Assembly: GCA_035708565.1 (NCBI GenBank)
Contig: DASSSF010000097.1
Span: 1 to 60,911 of the forward strand
DNA from: Candidatus Limnocylindria bacterium
Lineage (GTDB): Bacteria; Chloroflexota; Limnocylindria; P2-11E
Length of the DNA stretch: 60,911 nucleotides
Reading direction: 5' to 3'
Part shown: one piece after another, positions 1 through 9,085 of the stretch
Position numbering within the stretch: the stretch's first letter is position 1
Layout: every line of letters begins with the position of its first letter
Position numbers and translations under genes: made by a program
The notes under the pieces: generated by a model
What the model was told of the DNA's origin: nothing
The model's input: the letters and a program-made list of their open reading frames with translations, nothing else
Database searches by the model: none

Positions 1-166
1 GGTGGGCGTACTGTTCCGCCGCACGACCGACGGAGCCGCACCGGTTCGAAGCGATACGGGCAACGCCACTCTCGGACCTGCGTCACACAACGCTCAAGCG
101 CGTGGTGAATGACCGTCGGAGCGGGCCGGAGTAACGGCTCCGCCAGGCGCAGCACCGGCTCGCGGC

Positions 167-943
167 CTAGCGGTTCCGCTCCGCGCGCACGAACAGCGCG
201 GTGCCGACGGCCATGAACACGACGAAGCCCGCGGCCATGATCGCGAAGTTCGTCATGGGGTCCGCGAGGACGACGCGGTCGGCTTCGGGCGAGCCCGCGT
301 AGTAGCCGCCGCGCATGAGGTCCACGGCGTAGCGCATCGGGGAGATACGCGAGACGATGTCGAGGTACCACGGCAGAACGGCGATCGGATTGAAGATCCC
401 CGCGAGGAAGTACTGCGGCAGCATGATGAACGGGAAGACCTGGTTCGCGGCGCGCTGGCTGCGCAGGTTCGCGAGCACCACGATCCCGAACGCGCCGCCG
501 AAGAAGGCGGCCGCGAGCCCGGTGACGGCGAGCGCGGCGAGCCGCGGCCCGTCGAGCGGAACGCCGAGGAGCGCGGCGAACGCGACGATCCCGATCGCGA
601 CCGGCGCGGCGACGAGCGTCTCGCCGAGGATCTTCCCGAACACGATCGCGTAGCGCGAGACCGGGCTCACGAAGATCTCCTGGCTGAAGTCGTTCTCGCG
701 GTCCTCGATGAGCGACACGATCCCGAGCGCCGTCGTCTGGAAGATCGTCATGCCGACGGCGCCGGTGAACGTGAACGTCAGGAGGTCGTAGCCGACCGCG
801 CCGCCGAGGTTCGCCTGCAGGCTCGATCCGAGCACGCCGATGAAGATCATCGGGAACACGAGCTCCGAGACGAGGCGCGCCCGGTCGCGCAGGAGCTTCA
901 GGAGGTCACGCTGCGCGATCATGAGCACGGCGCCGGCGTTCAC
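167..943 (-). CDS. ABC-2 type transporter permease
   Basis: 258-aa ORF with multiple hydrophobic spans typical of ABC-2 exporter permeases. GTGA overlap with the upstream ATPase gene. Confidence 0.8.
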   Translation of the reverse strand: MNAGAVLMIAQRDLLKLLRDRARLVSELVFPMIFIGVLGSSLQANLGGAVGYDLLTFTFTGAVGMTIFQTTALGIVSLIEDRENDFSQEIFVSPVSRYAIVFGKILGETLVAAPVAIGIVAFAALLGVPLDGPRLAALAVTGLAAAFFGGAFGIVVLANLRSQRAANQVFPFIMLPQYFLAGIFNPIAVLPWYLDIVSRISPMRYAVDLMRGGYYAGSPEADRVVLADPMTNFAIMAAGFVVFMAVGTALFVRAERNR

Positions 944-1878
944 TCCGTCCTACCCACGATCTCGAGGTACGCGTCCTCGAGGCTCGGCGCGTGCGTGCGG
1001 ACCGCCGTGAGCGGCGTCTCGATCGAGCGAAGGAGCGCGTGCGCGCCCCGTTCCTCGACGTCGATGCGGAAGAGCGGCGTCTCGGTGAAGCGGATGCCGC
1101 GGCGGTGCAGCTCGTCGCGCAGCCTCGCGCGGTCGGCGGCGTCGAGGAGCAGGTACTGCGCGGTGAGCTTCGCCTTCACGTCCGCCGGAGAGCCGAGCGC
1201 GACGATCCTCCCCTTGTCGATGATGCAGACCGTGTCGGCTTCCTCCGCCTCGTCGAGGTAGTGCGTGGTCAGGAAGACCGTCGTCCCTCGCTCGGCGCGG
1301 ACCTGCCGCAGGTACTCCCACAGCGTCCGCCGGCTCGCCGCGTCGAGCCCGGCGGTGGGCTCGTCGAGGAACAGCACGCGCGGCTCGTGCATCAGGCTCC
1401 GCACGATCTCGAGCTTCCGCTTCATCCCGCCGGAGAAGGTCTTGACCGGACGGAACATCTGCCGGCCGAGGCCGAGCAGTTCGGCGAGCATCGCCACCCG
1501 GTCCCGGTACTCCTTGGGCATCAGCGCGTACGACGGGCGGAAGGCGTGCAGGCCGTAGAGCACCGCGTGGAAGCGGACGTTCTCCTCGGCCGTGAGGTTC
1601 TGGTCCAGGCTCGGCTTCTGGAAGATGATCCCGACCACGCTCCGGACGGCGCTCGCCTCCGTGCGCACGTCGCGGCCCGCGATCCTCGCCGTGCCCGAGG
1701 TGGGTGCGAGCGTCGTCGTGAGGATCGAGATCGTCGTCGTCTTCCCCGCCCCGTTCGGTCCGAGCAGCGTGAAGAAGTCGCCCGCGCGCACGCGGAAGGA
1801 GATCCCGTCGACCGCGTTCGCGTCGGCGCCCCGATAGCGCTTGACGAGGTCCTCGACCTCGACGCTGAAGGCGGTCAC
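940..1878 (-). CDS. ABC transporter ATP-binding protein
   Basis: Walker A 'GPNGAGKTT', signature 'FSGGMKRKLE', Walker B 'LFLDEPTAGLD'. I place the start at the GTG at 1878 (VTAFSVEVEDL...). The Arg/Pro-rich N-terminal extension of the 509-aa ORF overlaps hisA and is rejected. Confidence 0.9.
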   Translation of the reverse strand: MTAFSVEVEDLVKRYRGADANAVDGISFRVRAGDFFTLLGPNGAGKTTTISILTTTLAPTSGTARIAGRDVRTEASAVRSVVGIIFQKPSLDQNLTAEENVRFHAVLYGLHAFRPSYALMPKEYRDRVAMLAELLGLGRQMFRPVKTFSGGMKRKLEIVRSLMHEPRVLFLDEPTAGLDAASRRTLWEYLRQVRAERGTTVFLTTHYLDEAEEADTVCIIDKGRIVALGSPADVKAKLTAQYLLLDAADRARLRDELHRRGIRFTETPLFRIDVEERGAHALLRSIETPLTAVRTHAPSLEDAYLEIVGRTE

Positions 1879-2603
1879 GCGCCTCGCGCCGCGGCCATCG
1901 CTTCCCCGAGCGTGAACCGCCCCATGTACAGCGCACGCCCGACGATGACCCCCCGGACGCCGCGGTGCCGCAGGCGCGCGAGCGCGCGGATGTCGTCGAG
2001 GGATCCGACGCCGCCCGAGTAGATCGTCTCGCCGCCGAACCCGCGCGCGATGGTCTCGGTGGTCGCGAGGTCGACGCCCTGGAGCGTGCCGTCGAGCGAG
2101 ACGTTCGTGAACACGATCGTGGCGACGCCGATGACCGCGAGCTCCTGCACGAGGTCCTTCGCCTCGACGTCGCTCGTGCGCGTCCATCCGGCGGTCGCGA
2201 CCTTGCCGGCGCGCGCGTCCACCGCGACCGCGAGCCCGTCCGCGTGGCGGTCCACGAGCCGCCCGACCAGCTCCTTGTCGGAGATCGCCGCGGTGCCGAC
2301 GACGATCCGGTTCACGCCGGCCTCGGCGAAGCGCTCGGCCATGTCGAAGTCGCGGATGCCGCCGCCCGCCTGGAGCCTGACGGTGAAGCGGTTCGCGATC
2401 GCGCGGATGTGGTCGAGGTTGCGCGGCACGCCGGTGCGCGATCCGTCGAGGTCCACGACGTGGAGCCACTCCGCGCCCGCGGCGACGAGGCGCTTGGCGG
2501 CCTCGAGCGGCGAGCTCGCGACCTCCTCGACCGTGGCGAAGTCGCCGCGCTCCATCCGGACGACGCGGCCGTCGAGGATGTCGATCGCCGGGTAGACGAT
2601 CAC
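1875..2603 (-). CDS. hisA: ProFAR isomerase of histidine biosynthesis (HisA; a PriA-type enzyme is possible in actinobacteria)
   Basis: 'VIVYPAIDILDGRVVR...', 'LQAGGGIRD' and 'GVIVGRALY' are the HisA (beta/alpha)8 barrel signature. GTG start at 2603. The upstream Arg-rich part of the ORF is rejected. Confidence 0.85.
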   Translation of the reverse strand: MIVYPAIDILDGRVVRMERGDFATVEEVASSPLEAAKRLVAAGAEWLHVVDLDGSRTGVPRNLDHIRAIANRFTVRLQAGGGIRDFDMAERFAEAGVNRIVVGTAAISDKELVGRLVDRHADGLAVAVDARAGKVATAGWTRTSDVEAKDLVQELAVIGVATIVFTNVSLDGTLQGVDLATTETIARGFGGETIYSGGVGSLDDIRALARLRHRGVRGVIVGRALYMGRFTLGEAMAAARGA

Positions 2604-2998
2604 GGCTTCGGCTCGCTCGCCTTCCGGTACCAGCCCCCGAGCGCCGCGACCGGGACGGTGAGCGCGAAGCCCACGAGCTGCAGCCAGCCGGGCTGCGACG
2701 ACGCCGACCCCGGCGCCGCGAGCTGGCACCCGAGCCCGAGCCCGAGCGAGAGCATGCCCACGGCTACGCCGTGCTCGACGTGCCTCGTTCCCGCCATCGC
2801 CGCGGCGACGTACGCGCCGATCCCGGTGAAGGCGAGCCCGACGAGCGCGAGCGACAGCATCAGCTCCGTCGACGAGGACATGCGACGCGACATCTCCTCG
2901 GGCGTGTCGCCGCCGACGATCGCGACGACGACGGCCGAGAACATGAACGTGAGCCCGATGTCGGTGAGGAAGCCGGTGAGGATCGCGGCCGGCCTCAC
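2600..2998 (-). CDS. small integral membrane protein (hypothetical)
   Basis: 132 aa with 4 predicted hydrophobic helices. GTGA overlaps on both sides suggest translational coupling. Confidence 0.5.
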   Translation of the reverse strand: MRPAAILTGFLTDIGLTFMFSAVVVAIVGGDTPEEMSRRMSSSTELMLSLALVGLAFTGIGAYVAAAMAGTRHVEHGVAVGMLSLGLGLGCQLAAPGSASSQPGWLQLVGFALTVPVAALGGWYRKASEPKP

Positions 2999-3876
2999 GT
3001 CGCGACCGCCGGCGCGAGCCCGGCGAGGGCCGTCGCGACGCGGTCGAGCGCTCCCGTGAGCGCGTAGCGCTCACCGAGCGCGCGGACGCGCTCCGGATCC
3101 CGTGGCCGCGGCGGGAGCGCGCCGTCGCCGGCGACGACCGGCGCGTCGCGCACCATGGCGACCACCCTGCGCGCGGCGACGAGGTAGTCGGCGGCGCGCC
3201 GGAGGCGCGCGCCGACCGCCGGCGAGAGGTCCGTGGCCGCGAGGATCCCGTCGAGCGAGCCGTACTTGCGCAGGAGCTCGCTCGCCGTCTTCTCGCCGAT
3301 CCCCGCGACGCCGGGCAGCCCGTCGCTCGGGTCGCCCCGCATGATCGCGTAGTCGAGGTAGCGGTCACCCGGGATGCCGTACTTGTTCGCCACCCACGCC
3401 GCGTCCACGCGCGCGAGCTCCGTGACGCCGCGCAGCGTGTAGAGGACGACGATCTTTGGATCGGCGACGAGCGCGAAGAGATCGCGGTCGCCGGTCACGA
3501 CCTCGACCGGCCCCGTCTCGCGCGCCGCGAGCGTCGCGATGACGTCCTCGGCCTCGAGCCCGTCGGACGCCGCCGTCGAGATCCCGATCGCGCCGAGGAG
3601 CTCGACGATGATCCGCATCTGGGGATCGACGGGGTCCGGCGGATCCTCCGGCCCCGCGACGCGGTGCGTCTTGTAGGTCGGGAGCGCGGCGACGCGGAAC
3701 TCGGGGCGCCAGTCGGCGTCGAGCGCCACGTGCAGCAGCCCGGGGCGGCGGTCGGCGACGAGGCGCGAGAGGAAGTTGAGGAAGCCGTACGCGGCGTTCA
3801 CCTCGGTCCCGTCGGGCGCCTTGATCGTGGGGACGGCGTGGTACGCGCGGTACGCGAGGCTCGCGCAGTCGATCAT
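2995..3876 (-). CDS. 5'-3' exonuclease (FEN / Pol I N-terminal domain family)
   Basis: Starts at 'MIDCASLAYRAYHA', the internal ATG at 3876. H3TH motif 'GDPSDGLPGVAGIGEKTASELL' and acidic clusters typical of 5'-nuclease domains. Confidence 0.8.
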   Translation of the reverse strand: MIDCASLAYRAYHAVPTIKAPDGTEVNAAYGFLNFLSRLVADRRPGLLHVALDADWRPEFRVAALPTYKTHRVAGPEDPPDPVDPQMRIIVELLGAIGISTAASDGLEAEDVIATLAARETGPVEVVTGDRDLFALVADPKIVVLYTLRGVTELARVDAAWVANKYGIPGDRYLDYAIMRGDPSDGLPGVAGIGEKTASELLRKYGSLDGILAATDLSPAVGARLRRAADYLVAARRVVAMVRDAPVVAGDGALPPRPRDPERVRALGERYALTGALDRVATALAGLAPAVAT

Positions 3877-3893
3877 GAGGTGCGGGCGCGCGT

Positions 3894-4247
3894 TCACCGG
3901 CGGGCGAGCGTCCACGCCGCGAAGCTCCCGGCGAGGGCGAAGGCCCAGATGGCGAGGTCGAGAGGCCCTCCGGGGAGGATGCGCGTCACGCCTGCTGTGA
4001 ACAGCACGGCGCCGCAGCCGATGCCGATGAGCGCTCCGATCGTCGCCGCGCGGCGCGTCCAGGCGCGGCGCCGCCCGAAGAGCGACGCGAGGAGGAACAG
4101 GCCCGCCACGGCCGCGAGGGCCAAGGGGTAGAGGACGAGACCGAGGTAGGCGTTGTCCTGGGCGCACCTCGGGCAAGCAGGCAGGATCGCGAAGCTCGCG
4201 AGCGCCACGAGCGCGAGGACGACGGCGACGGCGAGCGTTCCCCTCAC
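3894..4247 (-). CDS. small integral membrane protein (hypothetical)
   Basis: 117 aa with 3-4 hydrophobic helices and high GC3. Confidence 0.45.
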   Translation of the reverse strand: MRGTLAVAVVLALVALASFAILPACPRCAQDNAYLGLVLYPLALAAVAGLFLLASLFGRRRAWTRRAATIGALIGIGCGAVLFTAGVTRILPGGPLDLAIWAFALAGSFAAWTLARR

Positions 4248-4269
4248 GCTATCGCCGCATCGTCGGTCG

Positions 4270-5355
4270 TCACGCGACCGCTGGCGCGAACGCGTGCGCG
4301 AGAGCCGCGATGAACCGGTCGGTCTCGCCCGCCGTGCCGATCGAGGCGCGGAGGCAGCCCTCGCACCCGGGCCACATGGACACGTCGCGGATCAGCACGC
4401 CCTCCTCGAGGAAGCGGGCGTGCACGCGCGCGGTGTCGCCGTCGTGCACGCGGAAGAGGACGAAGTTCGTCACCGACGGGTACACGCTCACGCCCGGGAC
4501 GCGCGAGAGCGCCGCGATCACCCGCTCGCGCTCGACGCGGCACCGCTCGACGCGGCCCGCGATGTCGCCGTCCTCGCGCAGCATCTTGAGCGCGATCGCG
4601 TAGGTGACGGCGCTGATGCTGTACGGCAGCTGCGCGGCGCGGTAGACCTCGGCGAGCTCGGGATGCGCGATGAGGTAGCCGAGGCGCAGTCCCGCTGCGG
4701 CGCGCACCTTGGAGAACGTCTTCGCGACGACGACGTTCGCGTACGCCGCGACCGCCGGGATCAGCGAGCGGCCGGCGAGATCCGCGTACGCCTCGTCGAG
4801 GAGCACGAGCGTGCGCGGGTAGCGCGCGGCGACCGTGAGCACGACGTCGTCCGGGATGGTGTTCCCCGTGGGGTTGTTCGGCGACGTGAACGCGACGACG
4901 TGCGGCCTCACGCGCTCCATCGCCGCGAGCGCGCGGTCGGCGCGCAGGTCGTACGGGAGGCCGACCTTCTCGACGGCGACCGTGCCGCCGGCGAGCGTCG
5001 TGAGACGGCCATGCATCGCGTACGTCGGGTGGAAGAGGAGCGTCGTGCGGCCGTGTCCGCCGAACACGATGAAGGTGCTGAACAGGAGCTCGTTGCTGCC
5101 GTTCCCGAGGATGATCTGCTCGGGCTCGACGCCGTGCTGCTTCGCGATCGCCGCGCGCACCTCGCCCGACGGTCCGCCGCCCGGGTAGCGGTTGAGGAGG
5201 ACGGAGCCGAGCTCCTCGCTCGTGAGCCACTTCCCCGCCGGGTTCGGCTCGGTCCACTCGTTCGCCTGGAGGCGCACGTCCGCGCCCGGCAGCTGCTGCG
5301 TCGCGTAGGCCTTCTGCCCGGCGAGGTCGTCGCGGGGGCGCGGCAGCTCCGTCAC
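4270..5355 (-). CDS. hisC: histidinol-phosphate aminotransferase
   Basis: Class II aminotransferase layout with a PLP-lysine context 'TFSKVRAAAGLRLGY' and 'NPNNPTGN'-type motif 'SPNNPTGN'. Confidence 0.85.
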   Translation of the reverse strand: MTELPRPRDDLAGQKAYATQQLPGADVRLQANEWTEPNPAGKWLTSEELGSVLLNRYPGGGPSGEVRAAIAKQHGVEPEQIILGNGSNELLFSTFIVFGGHGRTTLLFHPTYAMHGRLTTLAGGTVAVEKVGLPYDLRADRALAAMERVRPHVVAFTSPNNPTGNTIPDDVVLTVAARYPRTLVLLDEAYADLAGRSLIPAVAAYANVVVAKTFSKVRAAAGLRLGYLIAHPELAEVYRAAQLPYSISAVTYAIALKMLREDGDIAGRVERCRVERERVIAALSRVPGVSVYPSVTNFVLFRVHDGDTARVHARFLEEGVLIRDVSMWPGCEGCLRASIGTAGETDRFIAALAHAFAPAVA

Positions 5356-5373
5356 TGGCGTAGCGTGCCACGC

Positions 5374-5748
5374 ATGCGCACCGCCCGTCTTCTCGCCGCC
5401 GCAGCCGCCACGATCGGCGTCTTCTACGCGGTGTATTTCTTCCTCGGGCCGACCGGGATGATGTGCTCGATCACCGACGGCGGGCCGCAGGTGTGCCGGC
5501 CGACGACGCAGCTCGAGATGAGCGGGCTCGCGCCGCTCCCGTTCTTCATCCTCTGGGCCGGCGCGCCCGTCGCCGCGCTCGCGGCGCTCACCTGGGGAAG
5601 CCGGGCCACGGCGACGCGGGTGCTCGTCGCCGCGATCCTCGTCGACCTGACGTCGATCGTCAGCATCGGCGGCGGCTTCTACTACGCGCTGTTCTGCGTG
5701 CCGTTGCTCATGCTGGCGCTGGTGGCGATGAGGCGCGCGCCGGCGTAG
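5374..5748 (+). CDS. small integral membrane protein (hypothetical)
   Basis: ATG at 5374 (MRTARLLAAAAATIGVFY...), 124 aa, 4 hydrophobic helices. Only the 3' part of the 531-aa ORF is credible. Confidence 0.5.
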   Translation: MRTARLLAAAAATIGVFYAVYFFLGPTGMMCSITDGGPQVCRPTTQLEMSGLAPLPFFILWAGAPVAALAALTWGSRATATRVLVAAILVDLTSIVSIGGGFYYALFCVPLLMLALVAMRRAPA

Positions 5749-5777
5749 GAGGATCGGGAGCGGCGGCCTCTGTTAGC

Positions 5778-5996
5778 TCAGTGCACGTCGAGGCAGGCCG
5801 AATAGCCCATGTGCGTGCCCGGGTTGTGGAAAGCGTCGGGCGGCCCGTGCGGTGTATGGCTCGACACATGAAGGAGGCCGTACTCGCTGGCGCCGGGCGC
5901 ACCGGTGTCGGTGCACGGCCCGTGCGCGATGACCGGCGTGGCGCTGGCGAGCGCGAGCACGATCGCGAGGGTCGACGCGAGCGCGGTCCTGATCAC
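5778..5996 (-). CDS. small secreted His-rich protein (hypothetical)
   Basis: GTG at 5996 sits about 8 nt downstream of GGAGGTG. Signal-peptide-like 'VIRTALASTLAIVLALASATPVIA', then a roughly 48-aa mature part with 7 His and 2 Cys. Confidence 0.5.
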   Translation of the reverse strand: MIRTALASTLAIVLALASATPVIAHGPCTDTGAPGASEYGLLHVSSHTPHGPPDAFHNPGTHMGYSACLDVH

Positions 5997-6108
5997 AGTT
6001 CTGCACCTCCAAGGACGAGGCCGCCGCTCCCGCAAGTGCTACGAGGAGCGCGGCGGTGCGGATGCGCGAGAAGTCCGGCTCGCCGCCGTACAATGGACAT
6101 CTCCGCAC

Positions 6109-6180
6109 TGGGGAGTGGCCAAGCGGTAAGGCACCTGACTCTGGATCAGGCGATCGAAGGTTCGAATCCTTCCTCCCCAG
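6109..6180 (+). tRNA. tRNA-Gln (anticodon CUG)
   Basis: Hand-folded cloverleaf: acceptor TGGGGAG/CTCCCCA, D arm GCC-AAGCGGTAA-GGC, anticodon arm CCTGA-CTCTGGA-TCAGG (anticodon CTG), T arm GAAGG-TTCGAAT-CCTTC, discriminator G. CCA is not encoded. Very similar in layout to E. coli tRNA-Gln. Confidence 0.9.
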
Positions 6181-6273
6181 CAGACCCCGATGAACATTGG
6201 GCTGCCCATGGGTGGCCGCGCGTGGCAGCTCACCTGATCCGCCGGAAGATGACCTGATCCTCTTGCGACCTGA

Positions 6274-6470
6274 CTACCGCGTGCGTCGCCGCCGGATCGT
6301 CGCGGTGAGCGCGTTCGGTAGCGCCTGGAGCTCAGCGAAGGGACGGTTCTGGGTGTAGCGCCGCGCCATCGTGACGTCGCGTCAGCCGCCCTCGGCCTGG
6401 ATGTCGAACACGATCAGACCCGCCGCGTGGGATGCGGTCGCCCGCCACCGACCCGCCGAGGGGAGTTGCC
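6274..6470 (-). pseudogene. decayed 3' fragment of a tyrosine recombinase (integrase) gene
   Basis: The minus-strand frame reads '...GRWRATASHAAGLIVFDIQAEGG*RDVTMARRYTQNRPF...'. This resembles the integrase box II region (HxLRHTxAS...AG....IQ..LGH..V.MT.RYxH), but has an in-frame TGA where the conserved His is expected and no upstream catalytic domain. It lies about 95 bp downstream of the tRNA-Gln. Confidence 0.35.
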
Positions 6471-6628
6471 CAATAGCGGGCCTCGGCAAGCCATGATGCG
6501 AACGACCTCAGGTACGCGAGCGCGAGCCGTGGTCAGCCTGACGCTCCGGCAAGCTCACTTCCAGGAGATCCACACGAGCGACGCGCGCGTCACCCCACCT
6601 GCACCGCATGGCGCGTGGCAGAGGCGCG

Positions 6629-7354
6629 TCATGGAGCGGTCGGCGCCGCCAGCCTTTGCCTTCTCCCTTGACTGAGTCGCGCAAGGATGTGGGACACCGC
6701 GTACGCGGCAAATGCAGCCAAGATCATCACCAGCACGTCAGGCCGCGCATCCATGACCCAGGTGCCGTCCCCCGGCGGACAGATCTCACGACCCTGCTCG
6801 ATGATGCAGTGAAGCTCACCTGGAGTACCGCCCACGAGGTAGCCCTGACTCGCGGTGTAGGCGACGACCGCCGCCGCAACGCCGAGGGCAACGAGCGCGC
6901 CGCGCAGGAGGCCCCCGAGGTCGCGCTCGGCCGGAACGATGAACGGCGCGCTGACGAGGCCGAGCAGGATGAATCCGAGGCCGAGCACCATCGTGCCGCT
7001 GAAGGCTTGCCCGTCGCGTGCTAGTCCGGTCGTGCGCTCGTACCAGACCATCGCGAGCGCGAGATGCCCGACACCGACGGCCACGGAGTACAGCGGAGCG
7101 GCGGCAAGACCCTTGCGGAACCCCGCGAAACGACCAGTAGAGGGCGTGCCTCGCAGCGCAGCGCGGGTGTTCCGGGTGGTGAGAGCCATAACGCCGGTGA
7201 TGATCGTCAACGGGATGGGAAGCAGCCAGTTCTGCGTCCCGAGTGCGGCGATGCCCGCGAGGATCAACACCAGGAGCCAGTTCCGCGTCGTGAGTCCCAC
7301 GATGGCGGCGATGATCAACACGATGGTCATCACGACGATGGGTAGGAGATCCAC
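6629..7354 (-). CDS. integral membrane protein (hypothetical)
   Basis: 241 aa with 7-8 hydrophobic helices. Lies in a stretch that is visibly less GC-rich than its surroundings. Confidence 0.55.
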   Translation of the reverse strand: MDLLPIVVMTIVLIIAAIVGLTTRNWLLVLILAGIAALGTQNWLLPIPLTIITGVMALTTRNTRAALRGTPSTGRFAGFRKGLAAAPLYSVAVGVGHLALAMVWYERTTGLARDGQAFSGTMVLGLGFILLGLVSAPFIVPAERDLGGLLRGALVALGVAAAVVAYTASQGYLVGGTPGELHCIIEQGREICPPGDGTWVMDARPDVLVMILAAFAAYAVSHILARLSQGRRQRLAAPTAP

Positions 7355-7925
7355 GCCGACACCTTACTCCCGCGACCCACCCCGGAGTGTGGTCACGACC
7401 ACGCGCGGACTGAGTAATGCAGCATGTGACTCGACGCGCGCCGACGCTGGACGCAGTGGCCTGCGGCGGTCCATCGTCACGTTGGTCGCGCTCGGGAGCG
7501 CTTTGCTCGTCGCTGTGCTGCTTTCCCCGTTGCTCCTGCTCGTCAGCGTGCCAACGACGTTCCGGTGCCGGGCCTTCATCGACGCTTCGGCCGAAGCGAA
7601 GCTCGCGTATCCGGGTGGGCGCCGGCTCTCGTATCAAAGCAACGAAGGCACGCGCCAGCTCATCGAGCTGTCCAGTCGACAGCTCCCGGGTCTCACCGAG
7701 CACCTGGCGATCCCTCGGACGTCAACCCCAGTCCGGCACGATGATCACCTGATCCTTGCGGGAGCATGGCCCCGCTCCCTCGTCGCGCCAGCAGCCCTGC
7801 CGAACCGATCGTGACCACTCGATGCCGAGATCGTCGGAGGGCGCCGCGAGGCGCTGCACGGCCACCGTGCAGGATGTCGGGACACAGTGGGTCGATCGCA
7901 AGTTTCGGCAATGGAGGACCGCGCC

Positions 7926-8285
7926 ATGAGCGAGCTTCTTGGTATCGCACGCTTCAAATTTCACGAGGGCAAGCGCGAGGAATACCTGCGCTTGTCCGAT
8001 CAGGCCATGGAGATCGTACGGACGAAGGACTCCGGCACGCTCCAGTACGACCTCTACCTCAACGGCGATCGGTCCGAGTGCGTGTTCATCGAGCGGTACC
8101 GGGACTCCGAGGCGGCGATCGAGCACGCCGCGAACCTCGGCCATCTGTTCGCACCGGTCCTCGCGACGGTCTCAGTCGTCCACGGCGAGCTGCTCGGTGA
8201 GCCGAGCGCAGAGCTCAGAGCGAAGCTGGCTGGCAGCGAGGTGCCGGCTCTCTTCACTCCCTACCGGTCCATGCGTAGGGCGTAA
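7926..8285 (+). CDS. antibiotic-biosynthesis-monooxygenase (ABM)-like small protein
   Basis: About 119 aa from the ATG at 7926: 'LGIARFKFHEGKREEYLRL...ECVFIERYRDSEAAIEH', a ferredoxin-like ABM pattern. Confidence 0.65.
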   Translation: MSELLGIARFKFHEGKREEYLRLSDQAMEIVRTKDSGTLQYDLYLNGDRSECVFIERYRDSEAAIEHAANLGHLFAPVLATVSVVHGELLGEPSAELRAKLAGSEVPALFTPYRSMRRA

Positions 8286-8341
8286 GACTCCACCCGAGCA
8301 GGCGGCGGGCGGTCCGGAGGAGGACCGCAGCGGCCGACCCC

Positions 8342-8986
8342 TTACGCGTCGAGCGGCATCGGCCCGAAGAGGTGCGACAGCTGCGCGTCGTCGTATCCCG
8401 CGTCGCGGAGGTACCCGCGCACGATCGGCCCGCCCTGCCGCCACAGCTCCTCCGGCGGCAGCGGCGCCTGCGCGGCCGCGGCGCTCACGACGAGCGACAC
8501 GAGGGTGTGCGCGAGGTCGTCGGCGCGGTCGCCGAGCCGCGGGACGCAGCGGATCACCACCTCACGGACGGTCGCGTCGAGGGTGGCGATCCGGCGCGAC
8601 GAGAACACGTCGCCGGCGTCCCGGCCCGCCTCGATCGCGAGGCGGACCGCGAGCACCACCAGGTCGACGTGCGCGATCGCCTCCACGAGAGCCGCGCGGA
8701 GGGCGCGGAGCCCGTCGGGCTCGGCGTCGGCGGCCTCGTTGAGGAGCATCGAGCAGTAGCCGGTCGGCGGCTCCGTGAGAGGAAAGAGGGCGAAGTCGAG
8801 CTTCGAGGGGAAGTAGCGGTACAGCGCCGGAGCGGATACGCCGCAGGCGTGTGCCAGCGCCTTCATCGTGACCTGCCGGTAGCCGAACGCGCGGAAGACG
8901 GGCGCGGCCTTCGCGTACAGGAGATGGCGGTGGCGGTACGGGTCGTACGCCGGACGGCCACCGGTGGGTCGCGTCTGGAGGGCCAT
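8342..8986 (-). CDS. TetR/AcrR family transcriptional regulator
   Basis: HTH 'VTMKALAHACGVSAPALYRYFPSK'. Start taken at the ATG at 8986; an alternative ATG is at 9034. The upstream 160 aa of the ORF are rejected. Confidence 0.8.
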   Translation of the reverse strand: MALQTRPTGGRPAYDPYRHRHLLYAKAAPVFRAFGYRQVTMKALAHACGVSAPALYRYFPSKLDFALFPLTEPPTGYCSMLLNEAADAEPDGLRALRAALVEAIAHVDLVVLAVRLAIEAGRDAGDVFSSRRIATLDATVREVVIRCVPRLGDRADDLAHTLVSLVVSAAAAQAPLPPEELWRQGGPIVRGYLRDAGYDDAQLSHLFGPMPLDA

Positions 8987-9085
8987 GAAGGCGACACGAT
9001 AAGGGGTCCGTGAATAGGTGCGGCAGTTCTTCATGAAACCGCGCTCGGCCTTGACCCCCGGCGCTCCGCGCGCGACAACACGCCC

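Noticed and set aside
1-166. A partial gene or RNA at the left edge
   Set aside because: There is no open frame with coding-like composition, and I could fold no RNA motif. It is treated as the 3' flank of the ABC-2 operon.
940-3368. Long N-terminal extensions and overlapping ORFs (940-2469 5' part, 950-1936, 991-2022, 1875-3368 5' part, 1965-3059)
   Set aside because: Their translations are Arg/Pro/Gly/Ala-rich low-complexity strings typical of out-of-frame or antisense reading of very GC-rich coding DNA. Each overlaps a gene with clear family motifs in another frame.
1875-5355. A contiguous histidine biosynthesis operon
   Set aside because: Only hisA and hisC are recognisable. They are separated by a 5'-nuclease gene and two small membrane protein genes, and no hisB, hisH or hisF is in the window.
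4153-5371. ORFs antisense to or out of frame with hisC (4153-5748 5' part, 4244-5371)
   Set aside because: They have Arg/Asp/Glu/Pro-rich compositions without motifs. hisC in the -1 frame explains the open frames. Only the 3' membrane-protein part (5374-5748) is kept.
6816-7703. 295-aa minus-strand ORF, and ORFs 6939-7814, 7417-7752 and 7693-7950 in the low-GC stretch
   Set aside because: They overlap the membrane protein gene (6629-7354) out of frame or have Arg/Ser/Pro-rich compositions. I saw no motif and no RBS. The 7355-7925 interval is left unannotated.
7722-8144. 140-aa ORF antisense to the ABM-like gene
   Set aside because: The plus-strand ABM-like frame has a recognisable fold pattern, and the antisense translation has none.
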